Below, piece after piece: positions 29,843 through 39,226 of a DNA stretch of 64,000 nt. The notes beneath the pieces are model-generated. The model worked only from the letters and a program-made list of their open reading frames with translations, made no database searches and had not been told where the DNA came from. Origin of the DNA: Alphaproteobacteria bacterium. GTDB taxonomy: Bacteria > Pseudomonadota > Alphaproteobacteria > GCA-2731375. How positions within the stretch are numbered: position 1 is the stretch's first letter; every line of letters begins with the position of its first letter. The position numbers were made by a program, and so were the translations under genes. The stretch lies in assembly GCA_965225945.1 (NCBI GenBank), contig CBDDBZ010000038.1:256001-320000 (forward strand), in the 5' to 3' direction.

Positions 29843-31003
29843 ATGACGGGCGCGCTGTCACATCTCAAGGTCGTGGACATCACCACCCATCTCTCGGGGC
29901 CCTATTGCGCCATGCTGCTCGCCGATCAGGGCGCGGAGGTGATCAAGGTCGAGCGGCCGGGCGAGGGCGACGTGCTGCGCCAGACGCCGCCCTTCATCGC
30001 GGGCGAGAGCGCGCCCTTCATGCTCTGGAACCGCAACAAGCGGAGCATCGAGCTGGATCTGAAGGCGCCGCCCGACCTGGAGATCTGCAAGCGACTGATC
30101 GCCGGCGCCGACATCATGATCGAGAACGCGCGGCCCGGCGTCATGGCCCGCCTCGGTCTCGGCTATGAGGCGATGCACGCGTTCAATCCCCGCCTGGTCT
30201 ACTGCTCGATTTCGGGATTTGGCCAGAGTGGGCCCTATTCGCCGCGCGGCGGCTTCGATCTGGTGGCGCAGGCGATGTCGGGCCTGATGGCGATCTCGGG
30301 CGACGAGGACGGCCCGCCCCATCGCCTGCCGATCGCGATCTCCGACACCAGCGCCGGGATGTTCGCGGCGGTCGGCATCCTCGCCGCGATCGCCCAGCGC
30401 GAGGTGAGCGGGGAGGGCCAGCAGGTCGACGTCTCGCTCTACGAATCGGCGATTTCCAAATGCGTCTACGAGGCCGCCAACTACTTCGCCACGAATGAGC
30501 GGCCGAGCAAGCTCGGCCAGCAGCATCGCGGCTCCTCGCCCTATCAGGTGTTCGAGACCAAGGACGGCTGGCTGGTCCTGGGCGGCGCGCAGCAGAACCT
30601 CTGGGCCAAATCGTGCAAGGTGCTCGGCTGCGAAGAGCTGTTGGAGGATCCGCGCTTCCTCACCAAGGCCGATCGGGTCCTGAACAACAAGGCCCTGGTG
30701 GCGCTGTTGCAGGCGCGCTTCATCACCGACAGCAACGAATCGTGGTTCGCCAAGCTCGACGCCGTCGGCGTTCCCGCCGGCCCGGTGCGCTATCACGACG
30801 AGGTCTTCACCGACCCCCACGTGCTGGCCCGCGAGATGGTGGTCGAGGTCGACCATCCCAAGGCCGGCCGCCAGCGCAACATCGGCACGCCGATCAAGCT
30901 CTCCGCCACCCCCGGTGGGGTGCGGCGAGCGGCGCCGCTCTTGGGCGAGCATACGGTGGAGATCCTGGCCGAGCTCGAGGCGCGGGAGCAGGCGGCGGAA
31001 TAG
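29843..31003 (+). CDS. CaiB/BaiF family III CoA transferase
   Basis: RBS GAGGAGG; SGPYCAMLLADQGAEVIKVE, NRNKRS and ENARPG. Confidence 0.92.
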   Translation: MTGALSHLKVVDITTHLSGPYCAMLLADQGAEVIKVERPGEGDVLRQTPPFIAGESAPFMLWNRNKRSIELDLKAPPDLEICKRLIAGADIMIENARPGVMARLGLGYEAMHAFNPRLVYCSISGFGQSGPYSPRGGFDLVAQAMSGLMAISGDEDGPPHRLPIAISDTSAGMFAAVGILAAIAQREVSGEGQQVDVSLYESAISKCVYEAANYFATNERPSKLGQQHRGSSPYQVFETKDGWLVLGGAQQNLWAKSCKVLGCEELLEDPRFLTKADRVLNNKALVALLQARFITDSNESWFAKLDAVGVPAGPVRYHDEVFTDPHVLAREMVVEVDHPKAGRQRNIGTPIKLSATPGGVRRAAPLLGEHTVEILAELEAREQAAE

Positions 31004-31196
31004 CCCGCACCGGCGGCGAGGGGGCGGCGGCAAGGCGGCGGCTTCATCCAATCGCCCTTGCGTGCGACCGCGCTCGCGATCCGAACCGATCCTGAAATTT
31101 CGGACAACTCGAAGTCCCGCTGGCCGAGGGCGCGGTTCAACGCTTGCCGGGAGATCGACTATGATGGCGGGGCTACACGCGATCTCGGGGACCATC

Positions 31197-33059
31197 GTGG
31201 AAACAAAGGGCATGCGGCGTCGGCTCGCCGCGATCATGGGCGCCGATGTGGTCGGCTACAGCGCGCTGATGGCCGTCGACGAGGAAGGTACGCTCGCCCG
31301 CCTCAAGGCCCATCGCGAGGAACTGGTCGAGCCGACGATCGCCGCGCACGAAGGCCGCGTCGTCAAGCTGATGGGCGATGGCCTATTGGTGGAATTTCCG
31401 AGTGTCGTCGAGGCGGTGCGCGCCGCCGTCGAAGTTCAGCGCGGGATGGCCGAGCGCAATGCCGATACGCCCGAGGAACAACGGATCACCTTCAGAATTG
31501 GCGTCAATCAAGGCGACGTGATCGTCGACGGCGACGACATTTACGGCGACGGTGTCAACGTGGCGGCGCGACTGCAGGAACGCGCGACGCCCGGCGGCAT
31601 CTGCATATCCGATCGCGTCCACGGTGATATTCGCGGCCGGATCGACGTCGGCATCGACGATCTGGGTGATCAGGAACTGAAGAACATTCCCCAGCCCGTC
31701 CGTGTTTTTCGTGTGCTGACCGGACCCGACAGCGGCTCGCGCGCGAGCCGGGCGCTCGGATCACGACGCGTGACGAGACGCCTGGCACTGGCCGCCTCGG
31801 CGGCGCTCGTCGGCGGAATCGCCGGGCTGGCCACTTGGACCTGGTTCTGGTCGCCGGCACCGGCCGATCCGGATCTCGCGCACGCGACCAGGCCCTCGAT
31901 CGCGGTGCTGCCGTTCAGCAATCTCGGCAAGCCGGGTGAAGACGAATATTTCAGCGACGGCATTACCAACGACCTTATCAACGACCTCTCTAAATTCCGC
32001 GATTTGCTGGTGATCGCCAGCAACTCGGTGTTCACTTACAAGGGCAAGGCGGTGAAGGTGCAAGAGGTCGGCCGTGATTTGGGGGTGCGCTACGTGCTCG
32101 AGGGCAGCGTGCGGAAATCGAGTGATCGGGTGCGGATCAATACCCAACTGGTCGACACGACCACCGGGCGACAGTTGTGGGCCGAGCGCTATGACGAGGC
32201 CGTCGAGGACATCTTCGATCTGCAAGAAAAGATCGCGCGGCGCATCGTTCGCACCCTGGCGGTGCAACTCTCGGAGATCGAAAATAGACGTGCCTTCGCC
32301 AAGCCGACCTCGAGCCTCAAAGCCTATGATTACGTGCTGCGGGGCCGGGCCCTGATCAGACGAGGGGAGCGGCAGGAAAACTTCCAGGCGCGCGAGATGT
32401 TTCGCCGCGCCATCGAGCTCGATCCTGATTTCGCCTCGGCCCATGCCGGACTCGGCTGGACCTACATCAATGCAATGCTTTTCGGCTGGACGGAATCGGC
32501 GGGAAAGGCAATAGACCGAGCCGAAAAACTTGCGCGAAAGTCCCTGGCGCTGTCGGAATCCAACCTTCCCGGCCACGAGTTGCTGGCACGGGTATATGTA
32601 ACACGCCAGCAATACGATCTGGCCATCATCGAATCCGAGCGCGTGATCGCGATCAATCCCAACGATGCGGACGGTTACGCGGAACAGGGAAATGTTCTTT
32701 TGTGGTCCGGCCGGACGGACGGGGCCATTCTAGCCCTGGAAACGGCGGCGCGATTCGACCCCGGCATGAATCCTACAAATCATTGGCTACTCGCCGTCGC
32801 CTACTACCTCAAGCAGCGATATTCCGACGCAATTACGCTTTTGGAACGGAATATTCGGCGCAGGAAAGACAACGCATTCGACCATGTGATGCTGGTGGCG
32901 TCCTATGCGCAGACTGGCCGCTCAGCCGAAGCCGCGCAAATGGTCGAGATCGTGCGCCGAATCGACCCGTTTCTTTTAGCACGGGATTTTACGCTGTTTC
33001 GCAACCAGGCGGATACCGAGAAAGTCGCCGATGGCTTGCGTAAAGCTGGACTCCAATAG
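31197..33059 (+). CDS. Class III adenylate/guanylate cyclase + TM + TolB-like + TPR protein
   Basis: RRLAAIMGADVVGYS, GDGVNVAARLQ, SIAVLPFSN, YVLEGSVR and TPR-like repeats. Confidence 0.9.
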   Translation: METKGMRRRLAAIMGADVVGYSALMAVDEEGTLARLKAHREELVEPTIAAHEGRVVKLMGDGLLVEFPSVVEAVRAAVEVQRGMAERNADTPEEQRITFRIGVNQGDVIVDGDDIYGDGVNVAARLQERATPGGICISDRVHGDIRGRIDVGIDDLGDQELKNIPQPVRVFRVLTGPDSGSRASRALGSRRVTRRLALAASAALVGGIAGLATWTWFWSPAPADPDLAHATRPSIAVLPFSNLGKPGEDEYFSDGITNDLINDLSKFRDLLVIASNSVFTYKGKAVKVQEVGRDLGVRYVLEGSVRKSSDRVRINTQLVDTTTGRQLWAERYDEAVEDIFDLQEKIARRIVRTLAVQLSEIENRRAFAKPTSSLKAYDYVLRGRALIRRGERQENFQAREMFRRAIELDPDFASAHAGLGWTYINAMLFGWTESAGKAIDRAEKLARKSLALSESNLPGHELLARVYVTRQQYDLAIIESERVIAINPNDADGYAEQGNVLLWSGRTDGAILALETAARFDPGMNPTNHWLLAVAYYLKQRYSDAITLLERNIRRRKDNAFDHVMLVASYAQTGRSAEAAQMVEIVRRIDPFLLARDFTLFRNQADTEKVADGLRKAGLQ

Positions 33060-33134
33060 AAATCCATTACAGGGCTGCTCGGCGCACACCGGGCAGGCCG
33101 GTTCGTAGTGGCCTGCCCGGCGTCGCGCGATCGG

Positions 33135-33672
33135 CTACATGTTGTCGCGAAGTTGATCTCGAAAGTTGTCCCAATTGTAGGTGGCAAATTCGATATGCGC
33201 CTTGGGCGCCTTGCGCCACACCTCACGCAGCTCCTTGGTCTTGTTCAAATACAGCTTGCCGTCGACGATGGTCCAGGCGTTCGGGTCGGCATCGGCATAC
33301 TCGCCGGCCGCCAACCCACCCGCGCAGTAGCCACCGAACTGCGGCGCATAGCGATCCGGGTTGGCGGTGAACAAATCACGGTTGTTGGCACTGGCGAATT
33401 GCCAGCGAGCATCGTTCCAGCCCTGTTCGAACTCGCTTTTGCCTTTCATCGGTTTGCCATCGGTGAAATAGGCCACGGTATCAAATCCGTGAATCGCTAC
33501 GTTGCCTTCATCGACGTTGTAGGCCGTGAACTGACGTTCGGGCTGAAACAGGGGCCCGACCACGAGGGCACCGACAATCACCGCCGCGGCGACCACGACG
33601 ACGCCATAGCACCACGACGACGCCATAGCCGAACATCGCGGGACGGGACGTTAACCAATTTGCATTGCTCAT
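33135..33672 (-). pseudogene. YHS-domain protein; the natural start at 33672 is frameshifted by a 19-bp duplication
   Basis: AIHGFDTVAYF, YAPQFGGYCA and WTIVDGKLYLN; duplication at 33592-33610 / 33611-33629. Confidence 0.75.
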
Positions 33673-33741
33673 CGTTGAACTCCTCATTGTTGAACTCCTC
33701 ATTTCCTCGGCTTCGGCCGATGATGGACCGTAGGCGACATC

Positions 33742-33795
33742 CGTCAAGCGCCCATGCGGTTTTGCGTCAAATTTCCGTCAAATTTCGTCAATTTT
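33742..33795. promoter_or_regulatory. CGTCAA direct repeats in helical phase; candidate SARP-type binding site
   Basis: At 33742, 33765, 33776 and 33786, in the divergent region next to the BTAD gene. Confidence 0.5.
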
Positions 33796-33833
33796 CCGGT
33801 TTGAGTGAAAAAAAGGATGGGCTATGATGAGAT

Positions 33834-34769
33834 ATGGCTCATTCCGTGGAAACGGACAGGGAAGTGCCGCCGCTCCATCTCGAGCTGTTCGGCGAGGTCA
33901 AATTGTGGCGTGATCGGAGCCATGAGGTCGCGCTGCCGCGCAAGACGCAATTGCTGCTCGCCTATTTGGCCTCGAATGCCGGCGGAGACCTTACTCGCGA
34001 CAAGCTTGCCGGCCTGCTTTGGGCCGAGCGCGCGGACAGCCGAGCGCGGCAGAATTTGCGCCAATGCCTGTTCACCTTGTCCAAGGCCATCGGCGAGGAC
34101 GGCCCGCCCCTCATCCACGCGGATCGTCACCATGTCGCGCTCAATCAGGAAAGCGTCGAGGTCGACGTCTGGCACTTCGAGCGTCTGCTGGCGCATGGCA
34201 CGCCGAACGCCATGCAGCAGGCGACGAGGCTTTTTACCGGGGATTTCCTCGCCGGCTTGAGCATCGGGGACGAGATAGTGGACGCCTGGTGCGCCGCCGA
34301 ACGGGTTCGGCTGCGCGACCGATGCTATGAGGCTCTCGCGACGTTGGCGTCGCATTTTGCCGACACGGCCAATCTCGACGACGCGATCGAGGTCGGGCGA
34401 CGCCTGACCAGCCTCGATCCTCTGAGAGAAGACGGCCACCGCACCTTGATGCGCCTTTACAGCCGGGCCGGCCGTCGCGCCGAGGCGCTCAAGCAGTATC
34501 GGCTTTGCGTGGAGACCTTGCGGCGCGAGTTGAATGTCGAGCCGGAGGATGCCACGGCCAGGCTTTTCGCGGATCTCCGAGGTCACCCCGAGGCAAGCGA
34601 GGAGCCGGCAACGCCGGCTCCGGCGTCACCCGAGGAAGCGGCCACGAGGGATGAACGCGCAACGCTTGCAGGCGGATTTCTCGGCGTTCATGGATCGAAA
34701 GCCTTGGCGGTCGGCCTCGGTGTGGTGGTCGGACTCGTCGCGGTCATTCTTTGGTTCACCGTGCGGTAA
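33834..34769 (+). CDS. SARP/BTAD transcriptional activator with a C-terminal TM helix
   Basis: LLAYLA, RDKLAGLLW, NLRQCL, VDVWHFE and DPLREDGHRTLM; hydrophobic C-terminus. Confidence 0.88.
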   Translation: MAHSVETDREVPPLHLELFGEVKLWRDRSHEVALPRKTQLLLAYLASNAGGDLTRDKLAGLLWAERADSRARQNLRQCLFTLSKAIGEDGPPLIHADRHHVALNQESVEVDVWHFERLLAHGTPNAMQQATRLFTGDFLAGLSIGDEIVDAWCAAERVRLRDRCYEALATLASHFADTANLDDAIEVGRRLTSLDPLREDGHRTLMRLYSRAGRRAEALKQYRLCVETLRRELNVEPEDATARLFADLRGHPEASEEPATPAPASPEEAATRDERATLAGGFLGVHGSKALAVGLGVVVGLVAVILWFTVR

Positions 34770-34798
34770 TGGCGACTCGCTGGCCGGGCCGGTCGGCG

Positions 34799-36292
34799 TC
34801 AGCCCGGATTTTGCGCCGCGTAAGCGGCGGCGAAGCGGCCGGCGCGGCGGCCGAAGACCGCGCCGGACATGAGGCCGCTGCCGCCGGGGTAATTCTCGTA
34901 AAACAGCCCGCCGACCAGCTCGCCGGCGGCATAGAGCCCGGGGATCGAGCGATTTCCCAGATCCTGTACCTCCGAGGTGCCGTTGATCTTGAGACCGCCG
35001 AAGGTGAAGGTGATGCCGGTCGTGGTGACGTAGCCGACATAAGGCGGCTGGTCGATTTTCAGCGCCCAGTTGCTCTTTGGCGGCGTGATGCCCTCGGTCG
35101 AGACGCCGTCGAGCAGCGCGGGATTATACGTGCCCGGCCGGCAGGCGGCGTTGTAGGCCGCGACGGTGCGCGCGAGGCCCGGGGCGTCGATCTCCAGCGC
35201 CTCGGCCAGCCCTTCGATCGTCTCGGCCTCCGCCTTGGTCACCTGGCGGATGCGGTATTCGTCGCGCAGCAGATGAACCGTCTGCTGGTCGAAGATCTGC
35301 ACCGCCGTGCGGCGCGGCTGGTCCATGATGGCGCGGCCGAAGCGGACATAGGTGAGGTTGCGGTAATCCTCGCCCTCGTCGACGAAGCGTTGCCCCAGAA
35401 TATTGACCATGATGCCGAGCGGATAGGAGTGCTTCTGGAAGTTGTCCCCCACCTCGCGGTCGCCGAAGGGCGGGGCCGAGATGTCCCAGCCGACGGAATG
35501 GCAGCCCGACCAGTTGCCGAAGGGTTGCGCCCCGATCGCAAGCGCCATGGCGATACCATCGCCGGTGTTGTGCCGCGTGCCGCGCACGCGGGCCAGGTCC
35601 CAGCCCGGGCCCAGGTAGCGGGCCCGCCATTCGGGATTGGCCTCGAAGCCGCCGCAGGCCAGCACCACGGCCTTGGCGGCGATGTCCTCGATTCCCGAGG
35701 GCGTGCGGAGCTCGAGCCCGGTGATCCGATAGGCCTCGTCGTGCCTGAGTTTCCAGGCCGCCGACTCGTAGCGGATCTCGATGCCCGCCCGCTCGGCGCG
35801 GGCCAGCAGAAACCCCACCAGGCCGGCACCGCCGCCCACCGCCTCGATGTTGACGCCGCCGTAGAAGCGGTGCTTACCCTCGACCAGGTAGGACTGGCGG
35901 CCGAACATCGGCACGAAGCGGACGCCGTTCTCGGCCAGCCAGGCCATCGTCGGGCGGGAATCGTCGATCAGGGTCCAGGCCAGGTCCTCGTCCGACTGGT
36001 GGTGGGTCACCTTCATCAACTGGTCGTAGAAGTGCTGGCGGTCGTGTGGCGGCAGGTCGATTTGCATCCGCTCGGCGTTCGAGAGGTCGCTCAGGATATC
36101 CTGGGCGACGTCGTCGAGCCCTTCGTGGGCGAAGCGAAATCCACCGGCGGTGAAATAGGAATTGCCGCCCTTCTCCTCCTCCGGTGCCTTTTCCAGCACC
36201 AGCAGGCTCGCGCCATTTTCGCGCGCGCTGAGCGCCGCGCAGAGCGCCGCGTTGCCGGCGCCCACCACCACCACGTCGTAAACCTCGGCCAT
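34799..36292 (-). CDS. tcuA: FAD-dependent tricarballylate dehydrogenase-like flavoprotein
   Basis: VVGAGNAALCAA, GGNSYFT, ACGGFEAN, GITFTFGGL and NYPGGSGL. Confidence 0.75.
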   Translation of the reverse strand: MAEVYDVVVVGAGNAALCAALSARENGASLLVLEKAPEEEKGGNSYFTAGGFRFAHEGLDDVAQDILSDLSNAERMQIDLPPHDRQHFYDQLMKVTHHQSDEDLAWTLIDDSRPTMAWLAENGVRFVPMFGRQSYLVEGKHRFYGGVNIEAVGGGAGLVGFLLARAERAGIEIRYESAAWKLRHDEAYRITGLELRTPSGIEDIAAKAVVLACGGFEANPEWRARYLGPGWDLARVRGTRHNTGDGIAMALAIGAQPFGNWSGCHSVGWDISAPPFGDREVGDNFQKHSYPLGIMVNILGQRFVDEGEDYRNLTYVRFGRAIMDQPRRTAVQIFDQQTVHLLRDEYRIRQVTKAEAETIEGLAEALEIDAPGLARTVAAYNAACRPGTYNPALLDGVSTEGITPPKSNWALKIDQPPYVGYVTTTGITFTFGGLKINGTSEVQDLGNRSIPGLYAAGELVGGLFYENYPGGSGLMSGAVFGRRAGRFAAAYAAQNPG

Positions 36293-36468
36293 GCCTCGAG
36301 CTTCCCGCTTTTCGCCACCCGGCGCGGACGGCGCCATGTTATAGGAATCGCCCAGCGAGGCGAGCTGGCCCAAGTGGCGTGGCGGGTGGCGACGGCCAGT
36401 CGCCACGCCTTGCCATGGCCGGCGCTTTGCGCCTTTGATGCCGGCGCCAGCAATCGGGGGAGAATTCC

Positions 36469-37410
36469 ATGCCCTTGCACCCGCAGATCGAGGCCGTGAT
36501 CGAGGCGCTGAACGCCTCGGGCCTGCCGCCGCTGGAATCGCTGTCGCCGACGGACGCGCGCGCGCAGATGATCGAAATGTCGAAGGCGCGGGGGCAATTC
36601 GGCCCCGACGTTGGGGGAATCGAGAGCCGCGTCCTCCCCGGCTCCGGCGGCGGCATTCCGGTCAGGATCTACCGGCCGACAAGCGCCAGTGAGCGGGCGA
36701 GCCCGGCGCTCGTCTACTTCCACGGTGGCGGCCATGTCCTGGGCAATCTCGACACCCACGACAGCCTCGCCCGCTGCCTCTGCGCGGAGGCCGAAATCGC
36801 GGTCTGCTCGGTCGACTATCGCAAGGGCCCGGAGCACAGGTTTCCCGCCGCCGTGGAGGATTGTTTCGCGGTCACCGAATGGTGCGCGGAGAACGGCGCC
36901 GAGGTCGGCATCGATGGCACGCGCCTCGCGGTCGGCGGCGACAGCTCCGGGGGAAATCTCGCCGCCGTCGTGGCGCTGCTGGCGCGTAATCGCGCCGCGC
37001 CGGCGCTGCGCCACCAACTGCTGGTCTATCCGATCGTCGATTACGCTTGCGTGGCCTCGAGTTACCAGGCTTACGGCGAGGGTTACGGCCCGCTGACCGA
37101 CGGATTGATGCGCTGGTTCCAGGTGCACTATCTGAACGATAGCCGGGAAGCCGGCGACTGGCGCGCCTCGCCGATCAAGGCGGCGGACCACGAGGGCGTG
37201 GCGCCGGCGCTCGTCATCACCGCCGAATACGACGTGCTGCACGACGACGGCCTCGCCTACGCCCGGACGCTCCGCGAGGCCGGCGTCGCGGTCCAGCACA
37301 GCGATTATGCCGGCATGATCCATATGTTCTTCGCCATGGGGCCGGAGATCGACGGCGCCCGCGAGGCCCGGGCCGAGGCGGCGGCCGCGCTGCGCCGCGC
37401 GCTCGCCTGA
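36469..37410 (+). CDS. HSL-family alpha/beta hydrolase (esterase)
   Basis: HGGG, GDSSGG, AEYDVLHD and GMIH. Confidence 0.9.
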   Translation: MPLHPQIEAVIEALNASGLPPLESLSPTDARAQMIEMSKARGQFGPDVGGIESRVLPGSGGGIPVRIYRPTSASERASPALVYFHGGGHVLGNLDTHDSLARCLCAEAEIAVCSVDYRKGPEHRFPAAVEDCFAVTEWCAENGAEVGIDGTRLAVGGDSSGGNLAAVVALLARNRAAPALRHQLLVYPIVDYACVASSYQAYGEGYGPLTDGLMRWFQVHYLNDSREAGDWRASPIKAADHEGVAPALVITAEYDVLHDDGLAYARTLREAGVAVQHSDYAGMIHMFFAMGPEIDGAREARAEAAAALRRALA

Positions 37411-37412
37411 GG

Positions 37413-38237
37413 CTAGAGCATTCTCCGAACCGGTAGCGACGGCACGGCGGAGATAAGGTCCGGCAAGCTCTCGACGAGCGCCAGCTCCGGCGCCCCCGGG
37501 CCCCCGCGTCGCAGCACCAGGTCGACGATCCCGGCCGCCTCGCCGAGGGCGGTTTCAAGTTCGCCGCCGGTAAGATATCTGGCGAACAGCGCGGCGGCGA
37601 AGAGGTCCCCGGTGCCGTGCGGCGGGTCGGCGAAGCGGGGCGCGCAGACCGCGTAGACGCCGCCGGGGGCGACGGCCAGCGTGGTGATCACCCGCTCCTC
37701 GACCCGCGCCGAGGTGCAGACCACGATGCCCGAGCCGGCTCGGCGCAATTCACCCGCCGCCTCGAGGACCGAATCGATGTCGGGCAGCGTGCGATCGACC
37801 AGCAGCTCCAGTTCGAAGCGATTGGGCGTCGCGATATCGGCCCGCGGCAGCAGTCGGTCGCGGAACACCTCCAGCAGGCCGTCGGCGACATAGCGCCGGC
37901 CGTCGTCGCCCATGACGGGGTCGCAGCAATAGGGGAGGTCCGCTCCGGCGCGCTCCAGGTAGTCGGCCGTCGCCTCGCCCGCCGGCACCGTTCCCAGGTA
38001 ACCGCTCAGCACCGCGTCGGGGCGAAATTCGCGGGCCTCGAGCGCGGCGAGCAAGCTTGCGACCAGACTTGCCGAGACCGCTTCGCCGACCTGACCGCCC
38101 CTGGCCGGGTGGTTCGAGAACAGCACCGTCGGCAGATGCCAGGCCTCGATTCCCAACGCCTGCAACAGCGGCACCGAGGCCCGTCCCCCGACATGGCCGT
38201 AGACGACGTGAGAGGTGATCGCAAGCACGCTCGGCAC
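37413..38237 (-). CDS. pdxY: Pyridoxal kinase
   Basis: SHVVYGHVG, SNHP, DPVMGD, TPNRFE and GTGD. Confidence 0.85.
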   Translation of the reverse strand: MPSVLAITSHVVYGHVGGRASVPLLQALGIEAWHLPTVLFSNHPARGGQVGEAVSASLVASLLAALEAREFRPDAVLSGYLGTVPAGEATADYLERAGADLPYCCDPVMGDDGRRYVADGLLEVFRDRLLPRADIATPNRFELELLVDRTLPDIDSVLEAAGELRRAGSGIVVCTSARVEERVITTLAVAPGGVYAVCAPRFADPPHGTGDLFAAALFARYLTGGELETALGEAAGIVDLVLRRGGPGAPELALVESLPDLISAVPSLPVRRML

Positions 38238-38270
38238 GAAATTTCCCCTCCCCGACAAGGCGTTTCGCCG

Positions 38271-38358
38271 TCGTTTCACGTCATTTGGCTGTCATTTCGT
38301 TGTCATTCGGCTGTCGTTTGGCTATCGATTCGCTGTCATTCGCTGTCGTTTCGTTGAC
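38271..38358. repeat. About eight degenerate 10-11-bp tandem units (GTC(A/G)TT..GCT)
   Basis: GTCGTTTCAC GTCATTTGGCT GTCATTTCGTT GTCATTCGGCT GTCGTTTGGCT ATCGATTCGCT GTCATTCGCT GTCGTTTCGTT. Confidence 0.8.
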
Positions 38359-38441
38359 TTGGCCCCGTCACTCTTTAACATCCGGCCCCGAGACGCGACC
38401 GGCCCGAAACCCCGTGGACGGGCCCTCGAGAAGGCGACGCG

Positions 38442-38831
38442 ATGGCATCCGACAAACGACCCCTATCGCCCCATCTCCTGGTTTACAAGCCACAAATCAC
38501 CATGGTGCTGTCGATCACGCATCGGATCACCGGGGTCGGATTGGGGCTCGGCACGCTTTTGATTGCCTGGTGGCTGATCGCCGCCGCCGCCGGGCCGGAG
38601 GCGTTCGAGACCGCGCGGGGCTTCATGGCATCCTTCATCGGCCGGCTGGTGCTCCTGGGCTTCACCGTGGCGCTGTTTTACCACTTGGCCAACGGCATCC
38701 GGCATCTCTTCTGGGACGCCGGCGTCGGCTTCGAGCTAAAAACCGTCGAGAGGAGCGGCTGGGCCGTCGTCGCGGCCACGGTGGCGCTGACGCTCGTGGC
38801 TTGGGTCGCGGGCTATTGGGTGAGGGGCTGA
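38442..38831 (+). CDS. sdhC: Succinate dehydrogenase cytochrome b556 subunit
   Basis: RPLSPHL, SITHRITG and NGIRHLFWD. Confidence 0.95.
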   Translation: MASDKRPLSPHLLVYKPQITMVLSITHRITGVGLGLGTLLIAWWLIAAAAGPEAFETARGFMASFIGRLVLLGFTVALFYHLANGIRHLFWDAGVGFELKTVERSGWAVVAATVALTLVAWVAGYWVRG

Positions 38832-38832
38832 G

Positions 38833-39225
38833 ATGAGCGATCGCGGCTTGCGCGCGCCGCTGGCCCGGGTCCGAGGTCTCGGCTCGGCCAAGGAAGGCAC
38901 CCAACACTGGTGGATGCAACGGGTGACGGCGATCGCCCTGGTGCCGTTGGTGATCTGGTTCGCCGCCTCGATCGTCTCAGTTGTCGGCGCCGATCACGCC
39001 ACCATCGCGGCCTGGCTCGCGCGACCGCTGCCGGGCCTGATGATGATCCTGTTTCTCGCCACCAGCTTCTATCACCTGATGCTGGGATTGCAGGTGGTGA
39101 TCGAGGACTACGTGGCCGACGGCTGGTCCCGCGTCGCCGGTCTGCTGGTCATGAAGTTTGCCTGCATCGCGCTCGGATTGGCCTCGATCCTGGCGGTTCT
39201 TCGCTTCACCGTGGGGGGCTTATAA
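38833..39225 (+). CDS. sdhD: Succinate dehydrogenase membrane anchor
   Basis: [15 protein letters not shown] and QVVIEDY. Confidence 0.95.
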   Translation: MSDRGLRAPLARVRGLGSAKEGTQHWWMQRVTAIALVPLVIWFAASIVSVVGADHATIAAWLARPLPGLMMILFLATSFYHLMLGLQVVIEDYVADGWSRVAGLLVMKFACIALGLASILAVLRFTVGGL

Positions 39226-39226
39226 G

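Noticed and set aside
33135-33672. YHS protein as a second selenoprotein
   Set aside because: The GGYC position is a cysteine codon and there is no in-frame UGA.
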